Source: Octopus bimaculoides (Eukaryota). Taken from it: a stretch of 64,000 nt of DNA. Position 1 is the first letter of the stretch. Each line of letters opens with the position of its first letter. The stretch covers positions 156,615,590-156,679,589 of the forward strand of contig NC_068981.1 of assembly GCF_001194135.2 (NCBI RefSeq). The letters are read 5' to 3'. Shown piece after piece: positions 11,741 to 24,288 of this stretch. Below the pieces are notes generated by a model. The model was not told the origin of the DNA and made no database searches. It was given only the letters and a program-made list of their open reading frames with translations. Both the position numbers and the translations under genes were made by a program.

Positions 11741-11942
11741 TTTGGCACAAGGCCAGCAATTCCAGGGAAGTGATTAAGTCGATTACATTGACCCCCAGTG
11801 ATAAACTAGTACTTATTTTATCGATCCCGAAAAGATGAAAGGCAAAAACGACCTCGGCGAAATTTGAACTCAGAACGTAAAGAGGGACAAAATTCTGCTA
11901 AGCATTTAGCCCGGCGTGTTAGCGATTCTGCCAGCTTGTCTT
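11741..11942 (-). mobile_element. tRNA-derived SINE family B
   Basis: Reverse complement of the head GAGCTGGCAGAATCGCTAACACGCCGGG...GTTCTGAGTTCAAATT (A/B-box-like), with the GGCCTTGTGCC tail type. Confidence 0.85.
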
Positions 11943-12015
11943 ATTATTATTATTATCATTGTTATTCTGAAAGACTCTTGAAATCACAGTATGTTCTTAA
12001 TATTTTAGCCATCTA

Positions 12016-12250
12016 AGTCTGCGAGCTGGCAGAAACGTTAGCACGCCGGGCGAAATGTTTAGCGGCATTTCGTCTGCCGCTACGTTCTGAGTTCAAATTC
12101 CGCCGAGGTTGACTTTGCCTTTCATCCTTTCGGGATCGATTAAATAAGTACCAATTACGCACTGGGATCGATATAATCGACTTAATCCGTTTGTCTGTCC
12201 TTGTTTGCCCCCTCTGTGTGTAGCCCCTTGAGGGCAATAAAGAAATAAGA
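12016..12250 (+). mobile_element. SINE family B, alternative-tail variant
   Basis: Same head as 11741-11942, but the 3' end is TTTGTCTGTCCTTGT...GCCCCTTGAGGGCAATAAAGAAATAAG. Confidence 0.9.
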
Positions 12251-12252
12251 AG

Positions 12253-12378
12253 AGACTGAGAGAATAAGCACCAGGCTTACAGGGAATAAGTCCTGGAGTC
12301 GATTTCTTCGATTAAAGGGCGGTGCTCCAGCATGGCCACCATCAAATGTCTGAAACAACTAAAAGAATAAAAGAATAC
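12253..12378 (+). mobile_element. SINE family A 3' half
   Basis: GAATAAGTCCTGG..GGCGGTGCTCCAGCATGGCC..TGAAACA..AAAAGAATA matches 62830-62957. Confidence 0.85.
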
Positions 12379-12631
12379 TAGATGAACGTTCCGTACCACT
12401 AAACCAAGATTAGTTCTTTGAATATGTACGATGTATTTTAAAGCTAAATAGTAATTCTGTTTACGTTTGCGTAACAGATATTTTGGTTGGATTATATAGT
12501 TATTGGTTTTACACTTCTTTCTCTATTCTGTAACTGTCACAATATAGAAACATTTCTCATGGCATCAGCACACAATTTACAGATGCTTACATTTTTTATA
12601 TTTTCCGTGAAGTTTTCACAGGTCCAGCTAG

Positions 12632-12633
12632 TT

Positions 12634-12713
<80 letters not shown>
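12632..12713. repeat. (ATT)n microsatellite
   Basis: Directly visible; source of the spurious poly-Ile ORFs. Confidence 0.95.
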
Positions 12714-12714
<1 letters not shown>

Positions 12715-15700
12715 GCCCCACAAGATTTGCCTCTTCCCTCCTCCGAACACTGAGACATGTCCTGCGAGGAGAGAGAGAGGAAGAAGAGCCTAAATGGCAA
12801 CAAGTCGCCAGATCAAAAAGAAAAGGGAACAAAAAATCGCCAACTAAAACACAAAAATCTGGCCGATATGATGACAGTGAGGAGACACGTGACAAAACAA
12901 ACACACAAACACCTCCCCCACTAGAAACCACACCAGCACTGTCAACAACAACAACAACAACAGCATCCCCATGAGCACTGTCAGCACTGTCACCAGCACC
13001 ACAAGCACAATCCAGTTCACACACACGAGTCGCAGCTCGCACATCCCAGCACCAGCAACACACAATCATCAACTACACAACAATAAACAAACAATAAAGA
13101 ATTAATGGCACTCATACACAACCATACAAACACCGATTTCATCACACCATCAAACAACAAACCGCCACACATAAAATTCCTGTTAACATCACAAAGCACG
13201 TACAACAAAATTAAAACAAAATATCCGCAAAGAGTTGGGGCCTTCAGGAAACATATAAACAAAAGACTGTGCAACGAAATGCTCGTGGAAACAGCCACAA
13301 ATAACAATGGAAATTGTTATTTCACAGTAAATAGCCTTTTCCACTTCTATACTGCGATCCTACATGGCCTCGCTGACGACAAGCAGTATAAATGCACATG
13401 GTCTGGGGTCGCCTTGGAAACAGGGTCATCCGTTCAACGACTTCAAGTCACTAAATGTTAATGTGGTGGCCATCAGTGAAACTAGGCTCGTCCATGCTCG
13501 TTTTCGGTGGATACGAGATCTATTTATCTCCATGTCAACCGGGTGGAGTGGGACTGTGGTGTTGTTCCTGGATCTCGAGATAAAGACTATCCTCCTGGAT
13601 CCAGAAGGTAAGTTGGTGGTCCTGGATGTGAACAGTAGTGACAGGGATGCCTTCAGGCTGGTGGCTGTCTATGCTCCGACAGGAGCAGAGCAGTCAACTT
13701 TCCTCAGACGCCTGGGAGCTTTCCTGGGAACCTCCGGTCTTTTAACTCTTATGGATGACTGGAAGGCTGTCTTAGAGCCACGTTTGGACCGTGTGAAGCT
13801 AGCGAATAGAGGCGGTGAATGCAAAAGCCTCGCAAACCTGCTCAGATGTTTTCAACTGTCTGACGGGTACTGGCTGGATTTCTTGAATGTGCAAGTGTGG
13901 ACCAAGTCTAACTGCATCGGGTCATCCAAGTCGGATTTAGAGAGAATTTTTTGTAGGTCAGTAGATAAGAATAGTATAAGTTGTCCACTTTTCAAAATCG
14001 TCGCGTACACAGACCACAAATTTGTGACCTGTACGGTCGACTTAGACTACATAGACAGGGACCCGGTTACTGGAAACTGAACGCATCACTCCTGACGTTC
14101 CAAGCTTACAGAGACAGGATTAGCGAATTAGTTAAGCGGGCGCTAACAGGGTCAATACTTAACAATAAATGATAGAATATTAACAATAAATGATAGAATC
14201 GATTAGGTTTAGCAAGGCACTAGCGATAAAAGAAAATAGAAGGAAAGATAATTAAGGACTTAGAAGAGGCGCTTAGGAGAGGCATTGCAAACGACGTGCT
14301 GGCGGCGAGATTGTTCCTCGACTAATTGTTCAACGCTAAGCACGAAGGATGCATTGTCAGAGTTAAGGTACGTACCCTAAGAAACGAGGGAATTAAAACC
14401 GCTCGATGGGCCCGAGTTGCAGAGGCTCAACGTGGCAACAAAGCCACAATTCGGTCTTCGGTGGACGAAAGTAGGCGCACAGTACTTGAGCCCGAGCGGA
14501 TGTATGCGGTATTTCAGCAGTATTTCGCCCAACTGTCTGGGACGAATGGTGGGCTGGAACGCAGGATGGACTTTAGTACCACGACTCTCGGCAGGTGAGG
14601 CGAGCCGTTGCGAAATACCGACAGCAGCCGTGGAAATACGCACTGCGATGATGAGCAACACGGAATACAAACCGCTTGGTTTAGATGATCTGCACTACGA
14701 GCTTTACTATTGTATGCCAGACTTGTTTGGTGACCTCTTAGCAGATAACTACCGCAACTGGCAGCAGAACTGAGTCCTTTCTCAGCAGTAGTGGCACTGC
14801 TGAGAAATAACCCAGACAAGGGTGATCAAATCGAAACGGCCCATAACACTGCTGAACGCAGACTTCAAAATTTTGGCCAAGGTGCTAGCGAAGAGGTTGG
14901 CGCTTGTCGAGGAACTAATTGGTGATGTGCAAACATGCCCATCTCAGGCAGATCCATCCACGACAACCTCCACCCCATGCGATACATCATAGACAGGGTA
15001 GGTAATGAAGATGGTATGGGTGGGGCGTTGATCAATTTGGATCACTCTAAAGCCCTTGATAGGGTCGACCACCAATACTTGGCGGCTGTTCTCATTGCAG
15101 CCGGTCTCGGTTCCGTTTTCCGTGGCTGGATCGCAGCAACGTACAGCGACATCTGCTCGGTAGTTCGGGTGAATGGTTACCTATCGCAACCATTCAGCAT
15201 CATGCGTTTGGTCCGTCATGGGTGTGTCCTCTCGTTTTTCCTGTATGTGATGGCTCTAGAGTCACTACTGCGGAAATTAGAGGCGCTGAAAGGTATCCCG
15301 TGCGAAATAACGCGTGGGAGAACCGTGTCGGCATACGCGGACAACGTCAGTCATAGTATCGAATAACAGGCACACAGACTTGCTCAGCATCGCTCTAAAA
15401 GAACACGAGGGGGTAACAGGAGCAAAAATTAACCAGGAGAAGTCCGTGGGCCTTCAACTCGGCACCTAGAGAGGTAGGTTCATGCCTTCCAATTGGACGG
15501 AAAGACCGGTTAAATTGCTTGGGGTCTGGTTCGGTTCAGATTTCCAGGTGTAGAAAAACTGGAACGAAGTGGTGAGCAGGGTGGCCAATCTCACCCAGAA
15601 ATAGACTGAGAGAAAGCTACCCCTGAAAGGTCGAGCAGAGGTGGCGAATGCTTACATCGCATCCGTCATCTACTACCGCCTCACCATCGTACCCTGTCCC

Positions 15701-15960
15701 GGTTCGAGTCTGACCAAACTGGGGTGCCTTCTTTTCCGCGTTCTGTGGATGAGACGCGTTCCACTGGTCAGGCACTCCATTGGCTGTCAACACCCACTAA
15801 ATAGAGGGCTATTTAGTGCCATGGCTATTGTTGTGCAGACATGCGCTGAGGCTACAACATCTCCATCATTTCCTAGACGGTGAGCAGGTGTGGTCGCCGT
15901 TCGCCAGATGCGATTTCCCACAGCTTGTCTGTTTGACTGACCTGCAGTCTTGGATCAAGC
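12714..15960 (+). mobile_element. Tx1/L1-clade LINE, decayed (ORF1 C-terminus, AP endonuclease, RT)
   Basis: 13364-14080 has APE motifs (SINAHGL, VVAISET, AVYAP, TDHKFV), then GPGYWKLNASLL. RT: ITLLNADFKILAKVLAKRL, LDHSKALDRVDH, VRHGCVLS, AYADNV. Many stops and frameshifts; 3' end missing. Confidence 0.92.
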
Positions 15961-16200
15961 TGTGGCTGGTGTTGCTGTTGTGATTGATGCTGATGATGTT
16001 GTTGGGGTTGCTGTTGATGTTGTTGGGGCTGCTGTTGATACTGGTAACCATAAGAGCATCACAGCAAACCACAGCACATACCCAAGGCACACAGAGCTGC
16101 GCTCGGTAGTGAAGTGAAAGCACGTTATAAAAATAAGACTACTGCATAATAATAATAATGATGATGATGATGATGATGATAATAATAATAATAATAATAA

Positions 16201-16414
16201 CAATCCTTTCTAGTATAGGCACAAGGCCTGAAATTTGTGGGGAGGGAGCCAGTCGATTAGATCGACCCTAGTACGCAACTGATACTTAATTTATCGACCC
16301 CGAAAGGGTGAAAGGCAAAGTCGATCTCGGCAGAATTTGAACTCAGAACATAGCTTTAGACAAATACCGCTGAGCATTTTGCTCGGCGTGCTAACGATTC
16401 TGCCAGCTCGCCTT
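16201..16414 (-). mobile_element. SINE family B
   Basis: Full head and tail similar to 11741-11942; flanked by (AAT)n/(GAT)n. Confidence 0.9.
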
Positions 16415-16429
16415 AATGAGTGTTTGCGT

Positions 16430-16810
16430 GTAAACAAGACTAACAAAATAAAACAAAAAATTAACAATGTGTAATCTTCAATAGGGAGATGTTCGAGAGC
16501 TGCTCATAGAAAAAACCCCTTAAAAACCATGGGTACTCTGACTTTTGAGGCAGGTGCCCGTTTCTTTTCCTTTTTGTTTTTTCAAACTACAGGCGTATAC
16601 TCAGAGCAGGCCCCTTCACTCGCATCATTCTCGCCACTTTCATCCACCTTTCAGCAAACTGGCTAGAAAACAACACTTCTCTCTCTACCCTTGTTTTCCT
16701 TTTCAAGTGAGTCTTGGAGAAGTTGATTAGGGATTGGCCAAAAAGAAAAGCGTTTGTCTTCAGCACCTTCAATCTTGTCCACCATACAACCTCTTTCGCC
16801 ATGGCCACCA
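16430..16810 (-). mobile_element. Tx1-clade LINE 3' end
   Basis: AKEVVWWTRLK..FLFGQSLINFSKTHLKRK..ERWMKVARM..LSIRL* aligns with the C-terminus at 30770-30988. Confidence 0.85.
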
Positions 16811-16936
16811 GTCATATGAACAAAAGTGAAGTTGACGCTGCTTCGTGTACTTTAGAATGTTACATTTCAAATAAAGATTTGTGCACTCAAGCTTTGTGTA
16901 TTAGATTACATAACCCAGTTCAGATCTGCAATTAGG

Positions 16937-17065
<129 letters not shown>

Positions 17066-17431
17066 TTACACACATACACACATATATAGACGTCCATTGA
17101 TCCACATATACATATATCTAACTAGCCGCATTCATATACATACAACACTCTACACTCTCACAAGTATATGTGTGTACGTGTGTATCTATGTAGGTATGTA
17201 AGTAAAAATATACGTCTATATATCAGCAGAGAAACTATAACCAAAATACAATATCATAGTAATAGTTCTCATTAAAATATTTCTCATCAACGTATTGTTC
17301 ATTTCCACTGTTAGGTACGGTATAGATACATACATACAAACACACACACCCGCATACATACATACATACATACATACATACATACATACATACATACATA
17401 CATACATACATACATAATGCATACATACATA

Positions 17432-18718
17432 TTAAGTTGTTCGGAAAATAACGGTCGATTTCAGAAACATAATTTTATTCTGGAAAAATTAATAATAGAA
17501 ATGTTTTGATTAGTCAAAGTATGGGCCTTGAACATCTATGCATCTCTGCTATCGATCAACGAGATTATTTATGCCACGTTGACAAAAACTTATTGGCTTT
17601 GATACTAAGAAATCTTTGAAAGCTGATTCTACCTCTGGTTTGAACCTGAACGCTTTATCACTTAAAAACGTGTTTAAATGCTTTAAAAAAATGGTAGTCA
17701 ATTGGGTGAAAGATCAGGAGAATATGGAGGATGTGGTCAAGTCTTGTCTCCCAAGTCTGTGAGTTCATACAACATCATTCTTGCAACATGTGGCTTTGCA
17801 TTATCGTGGAGCAGAATTGGGCTACGCCGATTCACCAATGCAGGTCTCATTTTTTGCAAGTGAGCATGCTTTTCAGTGAGTTGATTGCAGTAAACCTCTG
17901 CTGTAATGCTCTGATTCGTTTCCAGAAAGCTGTAATGGACAACATCAATTGCAGACTACCAGACAGTCACCGTAATCTTTTGCTGATGCAACATTGGCTT
18001 TGAGAAATGTTTGGGGGATTCATCACGATTAAGTCACAAACCCAATCGTTTACGGTTATCATAAAGGATCCACTTTTCGTCACAAGTGAAAATTCGGTCA
18101 AGAAAAGGATCATTGGTGTTTCGCAGAAAGAGTATCGAGCACACTTCAAAACGCCAAACTTTTTGATTTTCATTGAGCTCATGCAGTGCCCATTTATCAA
18201 GCTTTTTCACCTTACCAATCTTCCGCAGATTACGTGAGACCGTTGCAATACCGACATCAAGTGCCTGAGACATTTCTCTGACACTTTGACGTGGGTTTTG
18301 TTCAACAATTGCTTTCAATTGTTCATTGTGAAGACTGCATGACCGTCCTCTACCTTCTTCATCTTCAAGGCTCTCATCACAACTACGAAACTTCTGAAAC
18401 CACCTTCGTACTGTGCGATCACTTGTGGATCCCTCTCCCCATGCTCTGTTGATATTGGCAGCAGTTTGGGAGACATTGTGCCCAAGGTTGAACTCATGCA
18501 AGAAAAGTAATCGAAGGTCTTTTTTTGTCATCTTCATAGTTAAGGGCGCCTATGCATTAAGAATATTTTCTGTCTGAAACAAGTAGAAAATTATCAAAGA
18601 GCATACATCAATTATTAAGTATGTCAAAATTCATCTAAAATATAATTAAAATACTATGATAAAATTGTGTTTCAAAAACACAACACTTAGAGCGGCCATT
18701 ATTTTCGGAACAATATAA
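17432..18718 (-). mobile_element. Full-length (1287 bp) but inactivated mariner, cecropia/Hsmar1-like
   Basis: TIRs TTAAGTTGTTCGGAAAATAACGGTCG and its near reverse complement ending 18718; TA on the left, TT on the right. Transposase starts at 18537: MTKKDLRLLFLHEF..TVRRWFQKFR..TCDEKWILYDN; after a frameshift LHDNAKPH and HPPYSPDL. Stops present. Confidence 0.95.
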
Positions 18719-18884
18719 TTGATGTATGTGTGTATGCATGCATGCATGCGTATATGTATGTATGTATGTATGTATGTATATGTGTGTGTATGTGTGTATG
18801 TATGTATGCACTGGAGTCCTAATTCTATCCACCCATCCATCCATCCATCCATCCAGCCATGCATACATACATGCATACATACGT

Positions 18885-19244
18885 GATACTCCGTCGGTTA
18901 CGACAACGAGGTTTCCAGTTGATCCGATCAACGGAACAACCTGCTCGTGAAATTAACGTGTAAGTGGTTGAGCACTCCAGATACATGTACCCTTCACGTA
19001 GTTCTTGGGGAGATTCAGCGTGACACAGAGTGTGACAAGGCTGGCCCTTTGAAATACAGGTACAACAGAAACAGGAAGAAAGTGTGGTGAAAGAGTGCAG
19101 CAGGGTTCGCCACTACCCCCTGCCAAGCTTCGTGGAGCTTTAGGTGTTTTCACTCGATAAACACACACAACGCCCGGTCTGGGAATCGAAACCGCGATCC
19201 TACGACTGCGAGTCCGCTGCCCTAACCACTGGGCCATTGCGCCT
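18885..19244 (-). mobile_element. tRNA-derived SINE family C
   Basis: Head GGCGCAATGGCCCAGTGGTTAGGGCAG...GGTTTCGATTCCCAG has clear A and B boxes. The body is also seen decayed at ~7330-7460 (+). Flanked by (TACA)n. Confidence 0.85.
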
Positions 19245-19289
19245 CGCACATACATACATACATACATACATACATACATACATACGTAC

Positions 19290-19320
<31 letters not shown>

Positions 19321-19419
19321 CATACATACATACATACATGCATACATACATACATGTACCGTCATAAAGGTCAGCTGTCCTACTGATGTGAATATTTCTT
19401 TGAAAATCAAAGGGAAAGA

Positions 19420-19640
19420 GGATAACTGTGGACAACTGCTTCGAAACCTCCAGCTTCTATATCTGGATTACAAATTCATATTTATACCAATAATAATTGG
19501 GGCACTTAGTTTTGTGAATAAGTGCTTAACTGACAGACTGGATAAGCTTGGGTTATCAGAAAAAGAAATCAACCAGCCAACACTCATTACAAACACAATC
19601 TGTAAGTGGAAAAGTAAAAATATGCAAGACTTTTTTCATA
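19420..19640 (+). mobile_element. RLE-LINE C-terminal fragment
   Basis: LLRNLQLLYLDYKFIFIPIIIGALSFVNKCLTDRLDKLGLSEKEIN; paralog of 2051 and 49100. Confidence 0.75.
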
Positions 19641-21109
19641 TTCAAAATGTGATGTTGTTTTCGTTATCTAAATTCCAACGTGGGAGCTTTGTATCTTTGT
19701 TAGAAACCAGCTCCTTCCCCAGAGAAAGAACATAAATATTTAAAAGCAGAAGAGAAAATTCATACACATTTAACGGCTTCTCTTTCGCGGACAGAATTTA
19801 CCATGATGTAACTGGTGTTGCAAAGGGAACGCGGATGCAACGCCGTGTGAGCGTACATAAATGCATAAATATAAATAAGTATGTATGCAAACACAGACTT
19901 AAATTCTGATACACACACAGATAGATAGATAGATAGATAGACAGATAGATAGATAGATAAAGATGACTGTGGCCGGTCTATGGCGTTACCCTGGGTTTCA
20001 CGTCTATAAAGCGCTTAGCTTTACGGCGTTTCATCAGACAATAATGGCCGGTGGTTTATAATCTCTCTACAAAGTGGAGGAAGAAAGGACTTCGTAACTA
20101 GTTGACCACTCGGACGAAGGGTTAAGAACAGAGATTTTCTCCCTTAGACTGCTATCCGTAGTCGACCTGGTCGGCTTGTGAGTTCCAGGACTTTAGTAGG
20201 ACACTCATGAAGTGTTAGCAGGATCTTAAGGTTTCCGTCGTGGAATTTAAGATGTTCCTCGGGTCGAGAAAGTTCTGCTTTAATTTTCTCGCCCGGTATA
20301 TATACATAGGCATAGTGATGCAAAATAGAAAAACAGGAATCAAATTATGAGTATATGCTTATTTTTATTAATATTTAGCGGAAGCAACAAAGTGACTCAA
20401 AGACCAAGAGTTTCGTGAATTGGCACTTATCAAACCAAGTGATATGTGCTAACGCACAAAACTCTCGTTTGTGTGACACAGACACAGACACAGACACACA
20501 CACACGCACATACACAAAGTTGTCACCTTTGCCTTTGTGTGAGTTAAACATTGCGCAGCAGCGTTTACCTCTTCTCAATACAGGTATAGTGCAAATTCAT
20601 TTAAATTATCGAGTTCGTCGCATCAAATGTTAAGCTATGACCTTTTTTTTTTAGCCGTATGTTAGTTAACTGAGTTAAGCATAACACCACATAATTCCTG
20701 CTCTTTGTACCACAGAACAATTACAGTCAGTTTTGATGTAATTCGTACGTGTATTGTTTAAAGAAAAACAAATATTTATTGTAATGCTCTACCAATAATC
20801 ATTAGATAATGGTGTATGAATGGAGTCGAAAATAAAACCAAACACACACGCATGGCGTTATATGCGCTGAAAGAGAGAATGAGAGAGAGGAATAGAAGAG
20901 GTAAGACAGGCAGACAGAAATGGTGACTGAGGAGTAGGAATGCATACACACTCACTCGTGCTCTCTGCCTTTCTTTCCTTCATACATACACAAATAATCA
21001 TTTGCAAAATAACAGGTAATAGCTGTAAATAGTCCAGTATCACTCTTAATGAAGGTATTTTCTGTGTAACATAACACTACTGAATTTCTCTAGAAAGTTT
21101 AACCTTCTA

Positions 21110-21530
21110 TGGGGGTCGACTGAAAAATTCAAAGGTTAGCCAAAATACTCTCGTGGAATCTGACCAAATGAGATTTATCTTTTAACATAGTTTTCTACCA
21201 TCGGAGCTGCAATACTATGGTCCCATTGGGGAAGAAGCTTTCATCCTGTAGGTAAAAAAAGTCATCAACAGCAGATATGAAGTCACGATTACTGCGATAT
21301 TTGTTCCTATCCAAGTGCTTTTTCTTGTTGAGGAACAGATGATAGTCAGATAAGGCGAAATCAAGAGAATAAGGAAGGTGATCAACCACATCGAAGCCAC
21401 AGTCACGCTCAGCAGTCATTAAAACCAAAGATTTGAGTGCTGAAGCATTGTTATGATGAAGCAAGACTCCTTTTGTCAGTTTTCCTGGGCTTTGGTGTTG
21501 CACGTAGAGCACTTGGAGTTTTTTTCACCC
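21110..21530 (-). mobile_element. Mariner transposase C-terminal fragment with terminal TIR
   Basis: GVLLHHNNASALKS..DHLPYSLDFALSDYHLF (YSPDLAPSD variant). The end TA-TGGGGGTCGACTGAAAAATTC resembles the TIR at 23059. Confidence 0.85.
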
Positions 21531-21534
21531 CCCA

Positions 21535-21900
21535 CCTTCCATAGTAATCAATGGAATAACAATCGAGGGAATTAGGAGACACGAAAGTGAGGCTGGTGAA
21601 GTCGTAGAAATTCTCCGACTACTACCTCTGACTTGGAGATATGGTAAGGAACCAAATCCTGCTGTCACACATATGGTCTTCCAGCAGAAACTCTCACCTG
21701 TCAGAGTTTGACCACAGTCATCAGTACTTTCATATAGCTATTAAACTGATCCTAAAGCGCTGTTCAAAGATGTGGGGGCGAATTCCGGTGTTATGGACGC
21801 AGTCAAAACACCCACTGTATCCCTTCCTACTGGTCATAGCTTCGTAGTCTCTGCAGATCTCCATGTCATGCCTTATAACCTTTGCAGTGTTTATAGAGCA
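21535..21900 (-). mobile_element. maT/DD37D Tc1-mariner transposase fragment
   Basis: Across frameshifts: PHIFEQRFRIS, VSAGRPYV*QQD, SENFYDFTS..SPNSP. Matches 38655-39000. Confidence 0.75.
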
Positions 21901-23058
21901 TTGAACAGCAGTCATGGTGTCAGTATTTTGAAACCCAGTGTGAATCATCATGATACCGTTAACTCTTTTCCAATATTCAATATACCTCTTAGCTAAGTTT
22001 TTCTTAACTCCAACTTTAATATTTATGCTTTCCAACGCCGTTGGCTGTTCACCAATGCATCGAGCAGTTCATATAAAAAGGAGACATAAAAATCGTCTAT
22101 CATCGATATGTGATTTTAATAGTTTGAATAATATGAACAACACCACCAACAACAGTATTCCCACTATCACCGCCATCACCAAAACCAAAACCATTACAAC
22201 CAATACACATCTACCAACCATCTGACAACTATAATAGTATTAGCATGTTTGTGAGAGGGGGTGGGGAGAAAGAGAGAGAGAAAGGAAGAAAGAGAGAGAG
22301 TGAGGAGTTAGAGGGTCAAGTGGCCAAGAACCCGGTGACCCTTCAATTAACTGTAATTATGTAGTACTTTCCTTTCTCCCACCGCGTCCTTTCAGTCTTT
22401 CTTCTCAGTTCCATTCTAAGGAAAGAGATCTTTGATCTTACAAAACAGTTTTTTTTCCTGGTGCTATTTGTTTTACTATAAATTTGTTGTGAATAACTGT
22501 TGATAGCTGCTGCTGTTGGATCTACCCACAATTCAAGATGCTTGGAAGACAGGAAAAATCAGCCGCATTGCCAAAACATTAACGCTTGCAACATCTAGAA
22601 AGAAATTAAGTCGAGAGCTCGAGGAGCTATTCAGTTAACTGACTGAACCTTATTTCTACATAAATCTGATGCGATGCTCAAAATGGATCAATTCTTGAAT
22701 ATCTGAATCGAGGATCAGACTTCACTTAATATGCCGATGTGACAGACCACCCCCGTCGGAAAAAAAAGTTTGTATGACGATTTGCGGAAAAACAAGATGA
22801 GAATCATCTAACGAAAAATATTTTCTGGTTAGTGAAAGCTGGTTTGAAAGGTTTAATAACAATTTGTGTGACGTAAAAATGAATGCTGAACCTGCTGGTG
22901 CTACTAACTATCAAGAGCAGTTGAAAAAAATGTTTGCTGAAGGGCTCTAGATACCAGAGCAAGTATAAAATATTGATAAAGTTGCATTTTCCTGGAAGTG
23001 TGTGCTTGCTAGAATATTTATTCCCTGAGATGAAAAAAAAAATCACCACTGGGATATA

Positions 23059-23274
23059 CGTGGGCATGCTGAAAAGTTCTTGGCTTTAAAGGTGTCACGA
23101 AAGGCCTGGTTGTAGGCCCAACCTTCCGAGTTCTTTTACAAGGCTTATAAAAACTGAAGCACCGCTGCAAATAGTGTGTGAACCTGAGAGGAGAATATGC
23201 TGAATAAAATTATAATTAATTGATCCTCCTGTATTTTCTTTTACCCAAAGCTAGGAACTTTTCAGCACCCCTCG
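23059..23274. mobile_element. Mariner-derived MITE (216 bp)
   Basis: TIRs CG(T/A)GGG..TGCTGAAAAGTTC..GCTTT with TA on both sides. Interior keeps a transposase-end-like segment (KLKHRCK*CVNLRGEYAE*). Confidence 0.9.
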
Positions 23275-23873
23275 TAAGTCTTCCAAAATTCGTCTGACGC
23301 TTCTGCAGGGAGGAAACGTGGCTGGTGATATGAATTTAAAGCCTCTACTCATGAATCACTCTGAAAATCAAAGGGCTTTCAAGGGTTACGCTAAGATTAC
23401 CTTTGATTTGGTGTTCAAATAAAAAGGCATAAGAGTATTTCGAAGAATAGTATACAAACACGTTTTGTCCTACTGTAGAAAGGTACCGTGCCAGACATTA
23501 ACATTTCCAACAAAGATTTGCTGTTTCAGGACAATGAACCAAACTATCAAGTAAACTAAAATTGGTTTTTGAGAATGTGGGATTGGAATGTATACTGAAG
23601 AATATAACTTCTTTGCTTCAGCCAATGAATCAAAGTGTGACAGCTAACATTAATGCAGATTATCTGAGAAGAATTTTCAACCTTACGAAAGCAGTTAACA
23701 GTAAGGATAAACCCACAGTTAAAGACTTCAAGTTCAACATAATATTATGCAGTGAATAGCATAACTCAATCATGGGACGATGTGAAATCCTATACTTTGA
23801 ATGGTGCTTGATAAAATATATAGCCAGGCTGAATTTGTGACTTTACAAGTTTTTCACAAGTAGAAATTCTTCA

Positions 23874-24288
23874 GGTGTAGGCGTGGCTGTGTGGTAAGAA
23901 GCTTGCTACCCAACCACACGGTTCCGCGTAAAGCCCTACTGCGTAGCACCTTGGGCAAGTGTCTTCTACTCAATCTCGGACTGACCAAAGCCTTGTGAGT
24001 GGATTTGGTAGACTGAAACTGAAAGAAACCCCGTTGTATATTTATAACCAGCTATCTACGAGTGTGTGTCTTTTTGTCTGTGTTTGTCCCCAATCGGTGT
24101 TGGTGGTTTTACGTACTCATAACTTAGCAGTTCGGCAAAATAAACCGATAGAATAAGTATCAGGGTTAACAAAATAAATGAAGTAAGTAATTAATAAGTA
24201 CTAGGGTCGATTCATTCGCTAAAAGTTCTTCAAGGCGGTGCCCCAGCATGGCCGCAGTCTAATGACTGAAACAAGTAAAAGACAAAAG
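23874..24288 (+). mobile_element. SINE family A, full length
   Basis: tRNA-like head GTGGCTGTGTGGTAAG, body CACCTTGGGCAAGTGTCTTCTAC, internal TG-rich tract, tail GGCGGTGCCCCAGCATGGCCGCAG..AAAAG. Confidence 0.9.

Noticed and set aside
12487-12803. Poly-Ile/Leu transmembrane-like ORFs (also 31027-31657)
   Set aside because: Caused by (ATT)n tracts.
12714-16810. Twin-priming 5' inversion of a single Tx1 insertion
   Set aside because: Twin priming gives divergent segments; these are convergent.
19170-19244. tRNA gene (also the heads of SINE A, B and D)
   Set aside because: A and B boxes are present, but the cloverleaf is imperfect and continues into SINE body and tail sequence.
19965-20300. 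Possible RTE LINE 5' region
   Set aside because: No protein motif recognisable, so left unannotated.
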